From Ginglymostoma cirratum (Eukaryota), in NCBI GenBank assembly GCA_024137785.1, contig JAHRHZ010000021.1, positions 25,995,321 through 26,059,320 on the forward strand: a stretch of DNA of 64,000 nucleotides, in the 5' to 3' direction. The stretch's first letter is position 1. Each line of letters starts with the position of its first letter. Below are positions 23,541-36,881 of the stretch, piece after piece. Position numbers and translations under genes: made by a program. The notes under the pieces were generated by a model. The model saw only the letters and a list, made by a program, of their open reading frames with translations. It ran no database searches and was not told where the DNA came from.

Positions 23541-26500
23541 TTGACCAAGCTGTAATTCCAGTATCTGTCATATAAGGTGGCTCGACCTCGGAATGACAGA
23601 TGGCCACCAAGAACAAACAAAAACCACATCTACACACAGAACTTCATGCATCTCAGGCCCTAGGAGGCCAGAGGGGCAAGCAGCTTTATTTCACTGACCC
23701 AGAAGGACAAAGTTAAATAAAATTGAGAATCCAAGCTAAAAATGATCAGCAATAACGTTTGACTCTTAACGTAATGAGTAGACAGTTCATTCTAAGTTAT
23801 ACGATCTGTCAAATCATTAACTAACCTTCCTGATTTTATGCTACTCTTAGACAAGGTGTTTAATACCAATTTGTATCAAGCCAAGTTGATGCTGAGCTAT
23901 AGAAAAACACCTGAATCACCCCATCTTTATCCATTCTTGCCATTAATTACATCTGTTTGTGTACCTTGTGAACTTTGTGTCTAGTATCAAATGCTGTTTA
24001 GTTGGGTTATCGTGTGTCTTAAAGACATATTGGTTCATGATTTGGCACCTTGACTGTGACAATTTATCAAGAAGCTATTATTCATTCAGTTAGTTATGCA
24101 GTGGTCCTTTGAAGGGTGGTTAATTCTATAAAAAGTTAATGTAATTTATTTAGTTATCCTAAAAGAGTTCAAATTTGTGCATCTAACAATTCTCCAAATA
24201 CGGACAGCAAATCCTTAGGAGGAGCGCAGGTCAAGGTGATAAAGATTGGTACTCTGTATAGGTTGGATATCTGGTAAAATTTATGTGCTTGCTGATTATA
24301 TGCTCCTCATGCTCTCATATCAGCAGCAGCAAACCTAGTTTACACGCTGATGGATTGAATATCTATAAAAACAATCTGAACCCTGGTTACTGCAGGCTTG
24401 CAAGGAATGAGGCTCTTCCTTTTCCTCAACATTATAGAAGAGAAAGGCAAGTTATGAGGCGGGACACCAGATATCATGCACATGTATTGTTAAATTATCT
24501 GTAATGTTTATTTGATTAAGTAAAAGCAGTATTAACCAGTGAGAACGCCCTAAATACATGAAACAGTAATCTCCACATACAATAACCATGACTTGAGTGA
24601 TATTTAAATAAGCAGAACCCAGATGTCCGCAAGGCAGCAAATAGAAGCACAATACAAACCTTCACAATATGGCTTTCTGGAATCAACTGCAAAGCAAACA
24701 ATTTGGCATGGCAGACTAAAATGGATCTTCCTCTTCTGGGGCACAATTACCCACACTATAAGGAATTCAACTGAAGAATACAATTTCTCATCTTCAGCTG
24801 AGACAGTCATCGTTCTTTGACTAAACCCTGAACACCATAGATATTAAAGCCCACTCTGCTCCCCGAGGCAGTCACCTTTCAGTATTAGGGGATGGTATGT
24901 ACAAAAACACATTTTTTTTAATTGGCAGAAATAAGAAACTGAGACCTTTTAACTTTTTTTTGTAACTTTGCTGAATACAAACACAAATCTTTGTGATACG
25001 CAGAAATTGCAATTTGTTTTGTCAAAGACAGATTTTTCTTCCAGGCCTAAATAAATTACATATTTAATTGCAATAATACATCGCATATGTTCAGGGTTTT
25101 AGGAACTCATTACAGCAATTTTTACAGATTCCCAATTGAAAATACTTCTCACCAAAAGTGTATTACCCATGTCTCTTAATTCAAAATAGAAAAAGAATCA
25201 CATAGCACTCCCTTAAGATAAGAACTTACAAAAAACAACATGCTTCCTGCGGATTTTCCCTTGCAGAACAACCTACTCTATCCAGACAAAATGAAAATAC
25301 ACAAAAACAATGACTGATACCACTCATGGTCAGTAATCTTCATTCTTGTACATTTGGCTCCTTTGCAATCTTCATGTGGTTAACTCAAGATGACTCATGA
25401 GCTATAACAGCTAACCAATGCACGACTGGCAGGCTTGTCCTCTTACTGAAAGTGCAAATGACCTTCAAGAAAGCATTAGACTTTCAGGGTAAATATGAGA
25501 ATAAACAGTACTTTATTTAAACCTTCTGTTTTTGTTCAAATTAACCACACGCTCGGGGACTAAGAAATACACAAACCTTTTTTAAAAGGTCATTGATTGC
25601 CAATAGTTAATAAAAGGGAATTTGGTTTTCAGTTCATTTTCTCTCTATCTGTTTTATTTATTCAGGAATAATGTGGTGAGAATTGTTGACTGATATGGGT
25701 TCCAAAAATAACTTTGTGGAAAAAACATTCCCAACTTGGGAGTTTTGTCCAGTTCTATTGCCTGGTTTATAGCTGATAGGCCCATCTGTAATTTCTCTTA
25801 GGATTCTAGCCAGTGGCATTTATTTTAGAATCACACAGCTTGCCGGATAACTTCAGGAAAACATGAGTCAGCCATGTACTGTGGTATTTGAATTACAGTT
25901 TGGCAAAGGCAGGCATGGATGGCAAGTTCCCTTTCCTAAAAGATGGTATTGAACCAGCAGCTATTTTTTTACATTTTCCTGTTGCTAGACCATAAATGAC
26001 AAGATATATTGAATTCAACTACATATTTGCCATGTGATATATGAACTTTTTAATACATCTGCGATATCATGATAATAGCCCCATTAGATTAACCATAAAG
26101 AGAAACGTGAACTTGGTAAGTACTTCTTTAACTAAATTCAGCTGTTAACTTTATTCAAAGAATATTTAGGCCAATACCATTTCAACTCATTATCGCAATT
26201 CAATTTAATATTCTACAGGGTTATGCTCAGTATGATTAGGTAATTCAGCATAGTTATGAGTTTCTGAAATGATTAGTTAACAAATGTGCATGAGTCTTTC
26301 CAGTCACATTGAAGTCTATTCCTGCACATTGCTAAATAAACTGCAACATTTTATAAAATTTCATGCAACAATGCCCTCTGAGACAGCTATTGAAATAGTT
26401 GGGCAGATCTCCCTCTATTTGGTCATACCTGCAATGTCAATCTTCACCAACAGTCATCCCATTCATCGTCGTCCCAAACTGAAAGTAGCAAGTCCATCTA

Positions 26501-27654
26501 CCGCATCCCCACTAGAGAAAAAAATTCCACACCCTACAAATCGACAATAGCCCCAGACCTCAATGGCACTCCTCCCGGCTGACTGCAAACATCATCAACT
26601 AGAACCAGGTAACTGACCTGATTGATGAAGTCTTAGTTTTCAGTGTTCCACAGAAAGCCTGGACAGTCCTAAACTACTCAGAGACAGGTCAGGGAAGATG
26701 TGACCATTTGCTCCAAAAGAGGAGCATAAGGAATAGTTTATCTTGTGACTGTGGTCATGTAAGTCAGACCATTACCTATAGAAAAAACATTTGTCTCGTG
26801 AGGCATTGCATCCATTCACAACATCCATTTGTTAAATCCGTTCAATGGATCATTGATATCAATATCAAGCTATAACTGCTTCCCCAACAAAACAACAATA
26901 ACAACTAAAGTCTAGATTCTCCTGTTGTTTGGTTTTATACTCACACCCAAGAATTTGTGCTTGAGATAGACTGGTCGAGGAGAAGGCAAAGTCAAAAACT
27001 GTCATCTGATTAAATTTCTTTATAAAACTGTCTATTACATATGAAAATAAAGATTACAATACACGAATTTCACAGAAACACCAGGGTCAAAACTTAACGT
27101 GACAGTATTGAAAGACTATTTGATAAATTCTAGCGTCTAATGCTAGTTAGTCAATTCCAAATACTTCTCAGCATGTATTTCTAACATTCACATGGATAAA
27201 CATGGATTCTGCCTTGCACTGCATGTGTTTCTCGTTAGCTCTGCTCATATTGTGCCCACTGAGCTGCAGTTGTGATATCATCATAAGGTTGTTCCACAGA
27301 ACTAAAGCCCTCATCAAACATATACTAGTTGAATTATCTGGTTCTCTTCCTAGTAAATCTAATCTTGCACATTCTTCCATATATATGTATCAAGCCTCTG
27401 AGTTGCAAGGTTCTAGGTTGAAATTCCACTACAGGGCTTGCACACAAAAATACATGGCTGACATTCTTACTGAACATTGAGGGAGTGCTGCACTGCTAGA
27501 GGTACCATTTTTTGAATGTAACGTTAATCCAAGAAACCACTAGCTCTGGTGGATGTAACAGACCCACAGTACTATTTTGAAGAGGAGCAGAGAAGTTATT
27601 GTTAGTATTCTGGCCAAAATGAATCCTTCAAGCAACAGAGAAAATAAGTTATTT

Positions 27655-27862
27655 ACTTGAATAAAATCAAAAGTTTGCAGATGATGGAAATGCGAAAGAA
27701 ACACAGAGAATGTTGGAGAAACTCAGCATGTCTGGCAGCATCTGCAGAGAGAGAAACAGAATTAGCGTTTCGAGTCATACAGGACTTGAAATGTTGACTC
27801 AGTTTCTCTCTCTACAGATTCTGCCAGATATGCTGAGTTTCTGCAACATCCTTGGCATTTGT
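27655..27862. mobile_element. PLE-terminus-derived fold-back element, family B-like (older)
   Basis: Inverted arms (actcagcatgtctggcagcatctgcagagagagaaac / gtttctctctctacagattctgccagatatgctgagt) joined within the hammerhead stem II region near 27780. Confidence 0.8.
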
Positions 27863-27976
27863 TCAAAACAAATTATTTGATCAGTATTGAAACAGTGATT
27901 GTGGGCATTTTCTGTGTGCTTATTATCTGCTGTATTTCTAGAATTACAACAGTGACTACACTTCAAAAAAATGCTT

Positions 27977-28219
27977 TCTTCGGGCCTGAAACTGCATGTC
28001 CTGAAGCCACCCTCGCCTCTTTGACCTGTCTGTCTCCTCTCCACCTATCTTCTCCTTTATCCATTTTCTATCCGCCTCCCCCCTCCTCCCTAGTTATTTC
28101 AGAATCCCCTTCCTCTCCCCCATTTCTGAAGAAGGGTCTAGGCCCAAAACGTCAAGCTTTCCTGCTCCTCTGATGCTGCTTGGCCTGCTGTGTTCATCCA
28201 GCTCTACACCTTGTTATCG
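27977..28219 (+). mobile_element. Family A PLE 3' terminus with hammerhead remnant (28126-28153)
   Basis: Near-identical to 30470-30670; perfect 13-bp TSD caaaaaaatgctt at 27964-27976 and 28220-28232. Confidence 0.9.
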
Positions 28220-28292
28220 CAAAAAAATGCTTAATTGCTGTAAAACACTTTGCAATGATTCTCTGGCTGTGAAAAGTGTTCTACAAATCTAA

Positions 28293-30678
28293 ATTAACCA
28301 CGAGCCTAACCCTCCCTCTACTGACCCCTTCTCCCGCCTCCAACACACCCCCTCCTCCTGGACACCACCCCAAGGCCTCCTACCCTCCCTTGACCGCTTC
28401 ATCTCTAATTGTCGTCGAGACATCGATCGCCTCAAACTTTTCACCCCTCTCACCCACTCCAACCTCTCTCCCGCAGAACGTGCAGCCCTCCGCTCCAATC
28501 CCAACCTCACCATAAAACCTGCGGACAAAGGAGGCGCTGTTGTAGTATGGCGTACTGACCTCTACATCTCGGAGGCCAGGCACCAACTCTCTGACACCAC
28601 CTCCTATCACCCCCTTGATCATGATCCCACCCATGAGCACCAAACCATCATCTCCCAAACCATCCACAACCTCATTACCTCACGTGACCTCCCACCCACA
28701 GGCTCTAACCTCATCATTCCCCAACCCCGCACCGCCCGCTTCTATCTCCTTCCCAAAATCCACAAACCTGACTACCCTGGTCCACCCATTGTCTCCGCCT
28801 ACTCCTGCCCCACTGAACTTATTTCCACCTATCTGGACTCCATCTTCTCCCCCTTGGTCCAGGAACTCCCTACCTACGTCCATGACACCACCCACACTCT
28901 TCACCTCCTCCAGAACTTCCAATTCCCCAGTCCCCAACACCTCATCTTTACCATGGACGTCCAGTCCCAACACCTGCATTCCCCATGCTGATGGCCTAAA
29001 GGCCCTCCGCTTCGTCCTGTCCCACAGGCCCAACCAGTCCCCCTCCACTGTCACCACTTAGCTGAACTCGTCCTCACACTCAACAACTTCTCTTTCAATT
29101 CCTCCCACTTCCTATAGACAAAGGGGGTGGCCATGGGTACCAGCATGGGCCCAAGCTATGCCTGCCTCTTTGTAGGATACATGGAACAATCCCTCTTCCA
29201 AAACTACACTGGTCCTATACCCCATCTCTTCCTCCGTTACATTGATGACTGTTTCGGCGCTGCCTCGTGCTCCCACTAGGAGCTCGAACAGTTCATCCAC
29301 TTCACCAACACCTTCCACCCCAACCTTAAGTTTACCTGACCATCTCTAATACCTCTCTCTCCTTCTTGGACCTCTCTGTCTCCATCTCTGGCATCCACCT
29401 GGAAACCGATATCCATTTTAAGCCTACCGACTCCCACAACTACCGAGAATACACCTCCTCCCATCCACCTTCCTGTAAAAAGGCCATCCCCTATTCCCAA
29501 TTCCTTCGCCTCCACCGCATCTGCTCCCGAGATGAGGCATTCCACTCCCGAACGTCCCAGATGTCCTCATTTTTCAAGGACCGCAACATTCCGTCCACAG
29601 TGATCGAAAATGCCCTCGACCGTGTCTCCCGCATTTCCCGCAACTCATCCCCCACACCCCCTACCTGCTATAATAACCGAAACAGAATCCCTCTCGTCCT
29701 CACATACCACCCCACCCAACCTCCGAATCCAACGCGTTATCCTCCGACATTTCCGCCATCTGCAATCTGACCCCACTACCAAAGACATTTTTCCCTCCCC
29801 ACCCTTATCTGCTTTCCGGAGGAACCACTCTCTCCATGACTCCCTTGTCCGCTCCACACTCCCCTCCAGCCCTACCACCCCTGGCACTTTTCCCTGCAAC
29901 CGAAGCAAATGCTACACCTGCCCCTACACCTCCCCCCCTTATCCCCATCCCAGGCCCCAAGAAGACCTTCCACATCAAACAGATGTTCACCTGCACATCT
30001 GCCAATGTGGTATACTGCACCCGCTGTACCCGTTGTGGCCTCCACTACATCGGGGAAACCAAGCAGAGGCTTGGGGACCGCTTTGCGGAACACCTACGCT
30101 CAGTTCGCAACAAACAACTACACCTCCCAGTTGTGAACCATTTCAACTCACCCCCCTACTCCTTGGATGATATGTCCATCCTGGGCCTCCTGCATTGCCA
30201 CAATGATGCCACCCGAAAGCTTCAGGAACAGCATCTCATATTTTGCTTGGGAACCCTGCAACCCAAGGGTATCAATGTGGACTTCACAAGCTTCAAAATC
30301 TCCCCTCCCGATGACATCTCAAAACCAGCCCAGCTAGTCCCCACCTCTCTAACCATTCCTCCCACCTCAAGCCCCACCCCCATCTCCTCCCGCCGCCTTG
30401 ACCTGTCTGTCCTCCCTGGACTGACCTATCCCCCACGTTAATCCCCACCTACATTCACCTTCACTGGCTCTAACCCCGCCTCTTTGACCTGCCTGTCTCC
30501 TCTCCACCTATCTTCTCCTTTATCCATCTTCTATCCACCTCCTCCTCTCTCCCTATTTATTTCAGAATCCCCTTCCCCTCCCCCATTTCTGAAGAAGGGT
30601 CTCGACCCGAAACGTCAACTTTCCTGCTCCTCTGATGCTGCTTGGCCTGCTGTGTTCATCCAGCTCCACAACGTTTTA
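28293..30678 (+). mobile_element. Penelope-like retroelement (RT + GIY-YIG, Neptune-like), 5'-truncated, frameshifted
   Basis: IKPADKGGAVV, FYLLPKIHK, KGVAMGTSMGPSYA, LRYIDD, Cys linker CNRSKCYTC, VVY...YIGETKQRLGDRFAEH; perfect 12-bp TSD ctacaaatctaa at 28281-28292 and 30679-30690. Confidence 0.95.
30589..30616 (+). ncRNA. Minimal type-I hammerhead ribozyme motif in the PLE 3' terminus (best-preserved copy)
   Basis: CUGAAGA-A-GGGU-CUCG-ACCC-GAAA-CG-UC; perfect stem II, palindromic ACGU stem III, GUC triplet. Confidence 0.8.
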
Positions 30679-32333
30679 CTACAAATCTAAGTCTGCTTTT
30701 CTAACTTCTCTCCCTAAGGAATACACAAATCGCTTTGGTTGATACTTTTAAGTATTTAATAATAACCTATCAGATTTAAAAAATGCTTTGAATTCTTCTG
30801 GTTAATATTTCTCAGTTGACAGAAATTGTTCAGTACAGACATTTCCACACCACTCAAATTTCTTCAAATCTCTCCAGACTCTGTTCCAACACAATTTGAG
30901 GTTTTACATACAATAATCTATGTAACATACACCATGAAAACTGGGTAAAGTTAGATATCTTTAAGTTTATTTACAACACTATTTATGTGGCTATAACATC
31001 AGAGACTGACGTACACACAGGGTCTGGATTCTACCTTTACTGCTGTCTTGTAGATTGCATTCACATGCACGTTCATAGGTTCAATCAAGACTTTCAAGAG
31101 TGTATGAGATGATTTAAATAGAAATAATATGCAGGGTTACTGGAAAAGGGCGGGAAGTGCCAGTAAATCATGATACTTCAGAGAGCTAGTGCAGACACAA
31201 TGGGTGAAATCATCACCTCCTGTACTGTGACAATTCTATGATAACTGAGTGCATCACAAAGAGCATGTGACTGTTGTGATGTTGTGTAACTGTCTTAAAG
31301 GTACAGACCTGTCTAGTCTGGAATCTATTGTATAATACAAAAGGTTTGCTTAAAAAAAATTCTCAATCCACTGTCAACTTCTTGCGGTCTCTTTACTCAC
31401 CAATTTTGATGACTGTCTGATCAAGATAATTTTATTGCGAGAATTCACTGTATCAATCAACTTGAATACTTGTCAAGAATCGGTAACAAGCAATATTTAA
31501 TTAAACAAGAAATAAATTAAAATTGGTCTTCAGATGTAAAATTTCAACCTCCTGCAGCAACAAACAACATAATGCTGGTTACAATTCCTTTGAGTCAGTA
31601 CTCAGTCTTGCTCAAATTGTTCAGAAAATATCACCCATATTCTATCTTTCAGCTTATGATCTTGACAACTTAGATCTACCAACTCCAGTCATCAATTGAA
31701 AACAGTCCAATTCTGAGTCACTGGTCCAAAGAGTAGTCTGAAATCTGAACTTGCCAGAATTTTCACATTAGATCTTTCCCAGAATATATCACGGTCTTAA
31801 ACACCAGGTTAACTCAAATTAACATGGTTTGATCTCAGACAGAATGATCTCTTGAAAAATCAACTTAGCAGACTGAAGCAACAGGTTAGGCCAATAGCAA
31901 TGCAGAGGTCTAATGCATGGATACAGCAGAAATATTTGAATATATTCTGTCAAGATGGAGGATGTGCATTTAAGATTTTATTGTACCAAATATTAATTTT
32001 AATTTAATTCATCAAGGATGGAATTAACACATTAATTCATGTTAAGGAAACGTTCTTCCTTGGGAAAAGGGTATTAGATTGTCTTGAAATTCAGTGTTTT
32101 GTGACAGTGTTATATTCTTGTCAGAGCGTGAGATGCTACAGTCAATATTTGGGTGAACAAGGTATACACCTATTAGCACCAGTAGTGGAATATGCAAGAC
32201 ATGCCAGAGGAACATCTCCCCATTTAATTTTCTTACCTTTTACGTCCAAGAAATTCAATAAATATCTTCCTGTGGGTGACTAACTATACCTTCCAATTTT
32301 AAATAGATCAACTTTGTTGAAAACTTTGCCTCG

Positions 32334-32512
32334 CCTGCAACAGTAGTAGACTCACCAATTTTAAGGGTATTTAAATGGTCATTGGATAAACATATGGATG
32401 ATAATGTAATAGTGTAGGTTAGATGGGCTTCAGATTGGTTTCACAGGTCGGCGCAACATCAAGGGCCGAAGGGCCTGTACTGCGCTGTAATGTTCTATGT
32501 TCTATGTTCTAT
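32334..32512 (+). mobile_element. CR1-clade LINE 3' end
   Basis: gggccgaagggcctgtactgcgctgtaa followed by (tgttcta)n tail. Confidence 0.85.
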
Positions 32513-33287
32513 GAAAAGTCTGGGGGTTTAAAATTCAAAGGTTCTAATAAGGCAGTCACATGGAACAATTTAAATTATTCAACTGTGGTGCTGTTATGGT
32601 GGACTGAAGAGTTCAGCCTGTTAAGAATGCAAACTCTTGAATGAAGAAGATATTTATGTTCTTTCTACTGGAGACATCAGATCAAATTTAAGAACTCAGA
32701 AAAACACGTAGACAGGAATTAGACTTTTTATGCGTTATCAACAAAACACTCAAAGTCTCCTTTTGAAATCCACTTCCCCAATTCTGTTACAAGTGACAAA
32801 ATGCTCATTGATACACAAGCCTAAATAAGTCTTTAACAATGTTAAATTCTGGTTCTTTCCTTCACCACTGACTTTTAAATCAATTAGGAAAGCTTATTCC
32901 AAACGTTCTGCACTAGGGCCAGATTATACTTCAAAAGCTAAACCATTGTGTACAGTTCTGGAATCCACATTATAGGAGGGATGTGATTGCTCTGAAGAGT
33001 CCGCAGAGGAGATTTACCAGGATGTAGCTTAGACCAGAAAAAGTATTAGTAATGAAGTGAGATGGGATAGACTGTGTTGTTTTCCTTGGAGCAAAGGAAA
33101 CTGAGTGGGACATGACTGAGATGTACAAAATTATGAGGGGCATGGGCAGCGTGGACAGCAAGAAACCTTTCCCTATGATGGAGGGAGCAATGGCCAGGGT
33201 GCATAGATTTAAGGTAAGGGCAGGAGGTTGAGAGGGGATGTAAAAAAAAATGTTTTCACCAAGAGGACAGTGGGAATTGGGAACTCA

Positions 33288-33435
33288 TCATCACCATTGG
33301 TGGTCCCTCGCAGACCAGGATGACTCTCTTCCACTCTCAGGACGAATCCGTAGCTGGCTCCACAGACTGAAGCAGCTACTAAAAGCTTTATTACACTAGG
33401 GGCAGGTGGTGGTCACGGGAAGGAGTGGGTGGGGC
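33288..33435. mobile_element. Short retroposon fragment inserted in CR1
   Basis: Flanked by attgggaactca (33276-33287) and attggaactca (34456-34466) once the LTR is removed; family unassigned. Confidence 0.55.
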
Positions 33436-33439
33436 ATTG

Positions 33440-34455
33440 TGTTGCGAAATTGGTATAGCATATGTGGATTGGAAGACAGGACATCCAGAATTTGTTTGTA
33501 AAATGATTTGGGGGGAAGAGAATGTGATTCCTTTAGAAGGTATTTTTTTTAGGCTTGGAGATTTTAAAAAAAGTCTGCAAGCAGCAGCAGATGCATAAAT
33601 AGTTCTTGAAATTGAGACATTGTATCAAAAGGCTATATACTGTTGGCAGGCAAAGCAGCATTTTTACCAAGACAACAGGTTTTTGAATTTAGCCAATTAA
33701 TTTAAACCAGGCCCTAAATACCAAAGCCCAATCAAATTTAAGTGTGATGGTTTTGACAACCTCAGACCAATCCTATTGTAAGAAATTAATAGGTCATCAA
33801 GGGCATAAAACAAGAGGGCATTTGAAAATCAGGGTGAGAGCAAACTGCCATCTGTTAAGAGAACAGCTCTCAACAGCCATCAGCTCTAAAGAAAGAGAAA
33901 ATCACTAGCTCTCACAGAAATCATTAAGATCTCAGAGTAAGCACCATCTAAATAAAGGTACTATGGCACTTTTAGCTAATATTCCTGACACAGGAATTCG
34001 ACAGAGGGAGGCATTCTTGACTGGAGGACAGTGGAGAAGGCAAAGAAAATTCTGGAAGACTTATCCTGGCTGTAATTTTGAGAAATTAAGCTTTAGTTTA
34101 CTTTTGAAAAATTAATTTGGTTTATATAAGTAGGACTTGTATCTATTGGAACAAAATAACATTAGAATTTTGTTTTATTCGGGATTAGGTAGTAGTTAAA
34201 GGGACATTGTTCCAGTTGTTAGTAGTTCTGTTAATTTGTTAACTGTTAGAGTTAGATAAATAAATTGTTACTTGCTGATCGTAGAGTGACTGTTAGGAAT
34301 TTATTTATTTCACCTCTCCCTTATAACAGAGTGGGAGGTGAGAGGCAGGTTATACCACTTTTCACATTTCCTTTAATGGATTACAAGGCAAGGTGAGCCT
34401 CTCTAGGTGTTTAGGTTTCAATTATCAGATAGGTGTCGACCATTCCTTCGTAACA
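33440..34455 (+). mobile_element. Solo LTR (~1.02 kb)
   Basis: tgttgcgaa...ttcgtaaca inverted termini; perfect 4-bp TSD attg; three CCAAT boxes (~33693-33771), cataaaa at ~33804, aataaa at ~34259. Confidence 0.88.
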
Positions 34456-35344
34456 ATTGGAACTCACTGCCTATAGGGATGGTAGAGGCAGAAACCCTCA
34501 TAACATTTAAGAAGTATTTAGATGTACACTCGTAATGTCAATGTATACAAGACTATGGGCCAAATGCTGGAAAATGGGCTTAGGATATTTAAGTGGTTGT
34601 TTTTAACCAGTGCAGTCTTGATGGGCTGAAGGGCCCTTTTTTGCGCTGGAGGCTCATGACTATTGGGGGAAAAAAATCTGCAAATCATTATATACAGATT
34701 TTGCCAAGGCTACAGAGGCTAATCAGAAGTAATTTTCTGTTAGTATACCACTAAAAATGCCATCAGATTTGGGAAATTTTAACTGCAATATCACTGCATA
34801 ATCTGGATCTCATCAATAAAGTGATGGGAAGTTCAACAGCACATCCTTTCAGCAGTGTAGAATCACTGATAGCAACAACTTGATTTCTGAAGTGGACTTT
34901 TACAGACTCCAGAAGTTGCTGCCCGCTTTGAAGGCATACTGATGGCAAATGCTGACTATTTCACCATCACTACTGAAAATTCTGATCCAATTTAGAGGTT
35001 TTGGCATATACAAAGTATTATTCTACACAAAGTAGAATGTCTGAATAGAATAACTGGTAGATTCATTTGGAAAGCATCCTGCATAAACAGTTTCAAGCAT
35101 AATACAATCTTTATTTAATGGTAGTCAATTATTTTAGCACCTTGAGAGCACTTATTCAACGTGTACTGATAAAGGTATTTGCGTATGATTACTGGCTAAC
35201 TTTTCACGCAAGTGCATATTTAGTTTGTATTAATTAGATTAAGTATTTACCTTTGAATAAATGCTTCCTAATACAAAGATGAGGAAAACAACAGCTTTTA
35301 ACTTGAGTGCAGCTATTCCTATTCTAAGCACCAAAAGATCTTTG

Positions 35345-36580
35345 AATATAGAAGTCGTCAGTTCCCGATTCCACAGGATAGTGTGGCAAAAAGGGGAAGT
35401 GGCGGATTTAATATGTTTGGATTTTTAGAAGGTGCTTGATAAGGTACTGCACATTAGGGATAGCAAATACGATAAAAGCCATGGTGTTGGAGATTGCACA
35501 TGCATATGGATGGAGAATTGGGTAAGTAACAAAAGACAGAGAGTCGGGATAAGAGACATTTTCAGAATGGTGAACCATGAGTAGTGGAATGCCTCATGGA
35601 TCAGTTCTGCGGCCATAGTTATTTTCAATATGTAATAATGACTTAGATGAGGAAAGTAAATGTATTATCACCAAGTTTGCAGATGACACAAAAATAGGTG
35701 GGAAGGCAAGTAATGACGATAACACAGTGTGCAGAGGGATTTAGACAGGTTGAGCGAATGGGCACAAACATGGCAAATAAAATATGATGAGGAAAAATGT
35801 GGGATCATGCACTTTGGCTGAATATAATTGAAATGGCGAAAGACTGCAGAAAGTTACAGTACTGAGGGATTTGGGAGTTCTTGTCCACAAATCACAAAAT
35901 GCTGGCGCACACGTTTGCAGGTAATAGCAAAAGCAAATGGGATGTTGGCATTTATTTCAAGGGGAATGGAGAATAAAAGTAGGGAGGTTTTGTTAAATCT
36001 AAGCAAGGCTCTAGTCCACCATTGCTGGAATACTGTGAACCGTTTTGGAAGCCTTACCACAAGAAAAATATATGACACTGAAGATAGTCCAAAGGAGGCT
36101 GACTGCGTTAATGCCAAATATGGAGTCACTGCTTTTTGAGGTGAGGTTGAGTAGATTGGACCTGCACTAATGGAATTTAGAGTAATGAGTGGTGACCTCA
36201 TTGAAATATACAAGACTCCTACAATCTTCACAGGGTAGATGTGGGAAGCTTGTTTCCTCTCGTGGGCCAGTCCAGGTCCAGAGGGCATAATCTCAGAATA
36301 AGGGATCACACATTTAAGACAGAGATAAGGAACAATTTCTCCTCTTAGACGGTAATAAACCTGTGGGATTCTTTATCACGGAGGGCTGTCAGGGTTGGGT
36401 TTGTTAAGTATATTCAAGCCTGAGAGAGACAGATTTTTAATTAGTAAGGGAGTCATGGGTTATAGGGAAAAGGCAGGAAAGCAGAGTTGAGGATTATCAG
36501 ATCAGCTATGACTTCACTGAATAACAGAGCAGACTCCACAGGTTGAATAGCCTACTTGCACCCTTACATCTTATGGTCTT
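35345..36580 (+). mobile_element. CR1-clade LINE RT 3' part
   Basis: aagtttgcagatgacacaaaa (KFADDTK), KANGMLAFISRGMENKS, tail tcttatggtctt. Confidence 0.9.
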
Positions 36581-36664
36581 AGATATTTTCACAGCTTTCT
36601 TTTCATGAGCTTTGCAAAGAATGGCTATAATGTAAGAAAATATAAAGCACACACTTATTTTACT

Positions 36665-36881
36665 GGACAGAGTGGTGACACTGTATAATTCACTGCCACA
36701 GAAAGTCGTTGAGGCCAAAACATTGAATGTTTTCAAGAAAGAGGTAGATATAGTTCTCAGGGCTAAAGCAGGAACAAGGTAGTGAGTTGGATGATCAGCC
36801 ATGATCAGATTGAACGGCAAAGCAGGCTCAAAGGGCAAAATGTTCTATGCTCTCCTATTTTCTATATCTCTATGTTTCTAT
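36665..36881 (+). mobile_element. CR1-clade LINE 3' end
   Basis: cagccatgatc...gcaggctcaaagggc...ttctatatctctatgtttctatg tail. Confidence 0.8.

Larger units (their letters stand above)
27432..30700 (+). mobile_element. Deu-domain SINE (SacSINE1/AmnSINE-like) split by three PLE-derived insertions
   Basis: gagggagtgctgcactg...ggatgtaacagaccca...actattttgaagaggagcag body; tail acaacagtgactacacttcaaaa...ctgtaaaacacttt...ctacaaatctaagtct is contiguous once the inserts are removed. Confidence 0.7.
32946..34645 (+). mobile_element. CR1-clade LINE 3' part, interrupted by nested insertions
   Basis: cagaggagatttaccaggatg (QRRFTRM); tail gatgggctgaagggcc resumes after 34456. Confidence 0.8.

Noticed and set aside
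23551-24280. Possible solo LTR
   Set aside because: No convincing TG...CA inverted termini or TSD
29336-29340. In-frame TGA in the PLE RT as possible selenocysteine (as in Naiad PLEs)
   Set aside because: Falls at an expected Trp (FTWTIS); the copy has other stops and frameshifts and I see no SECIS
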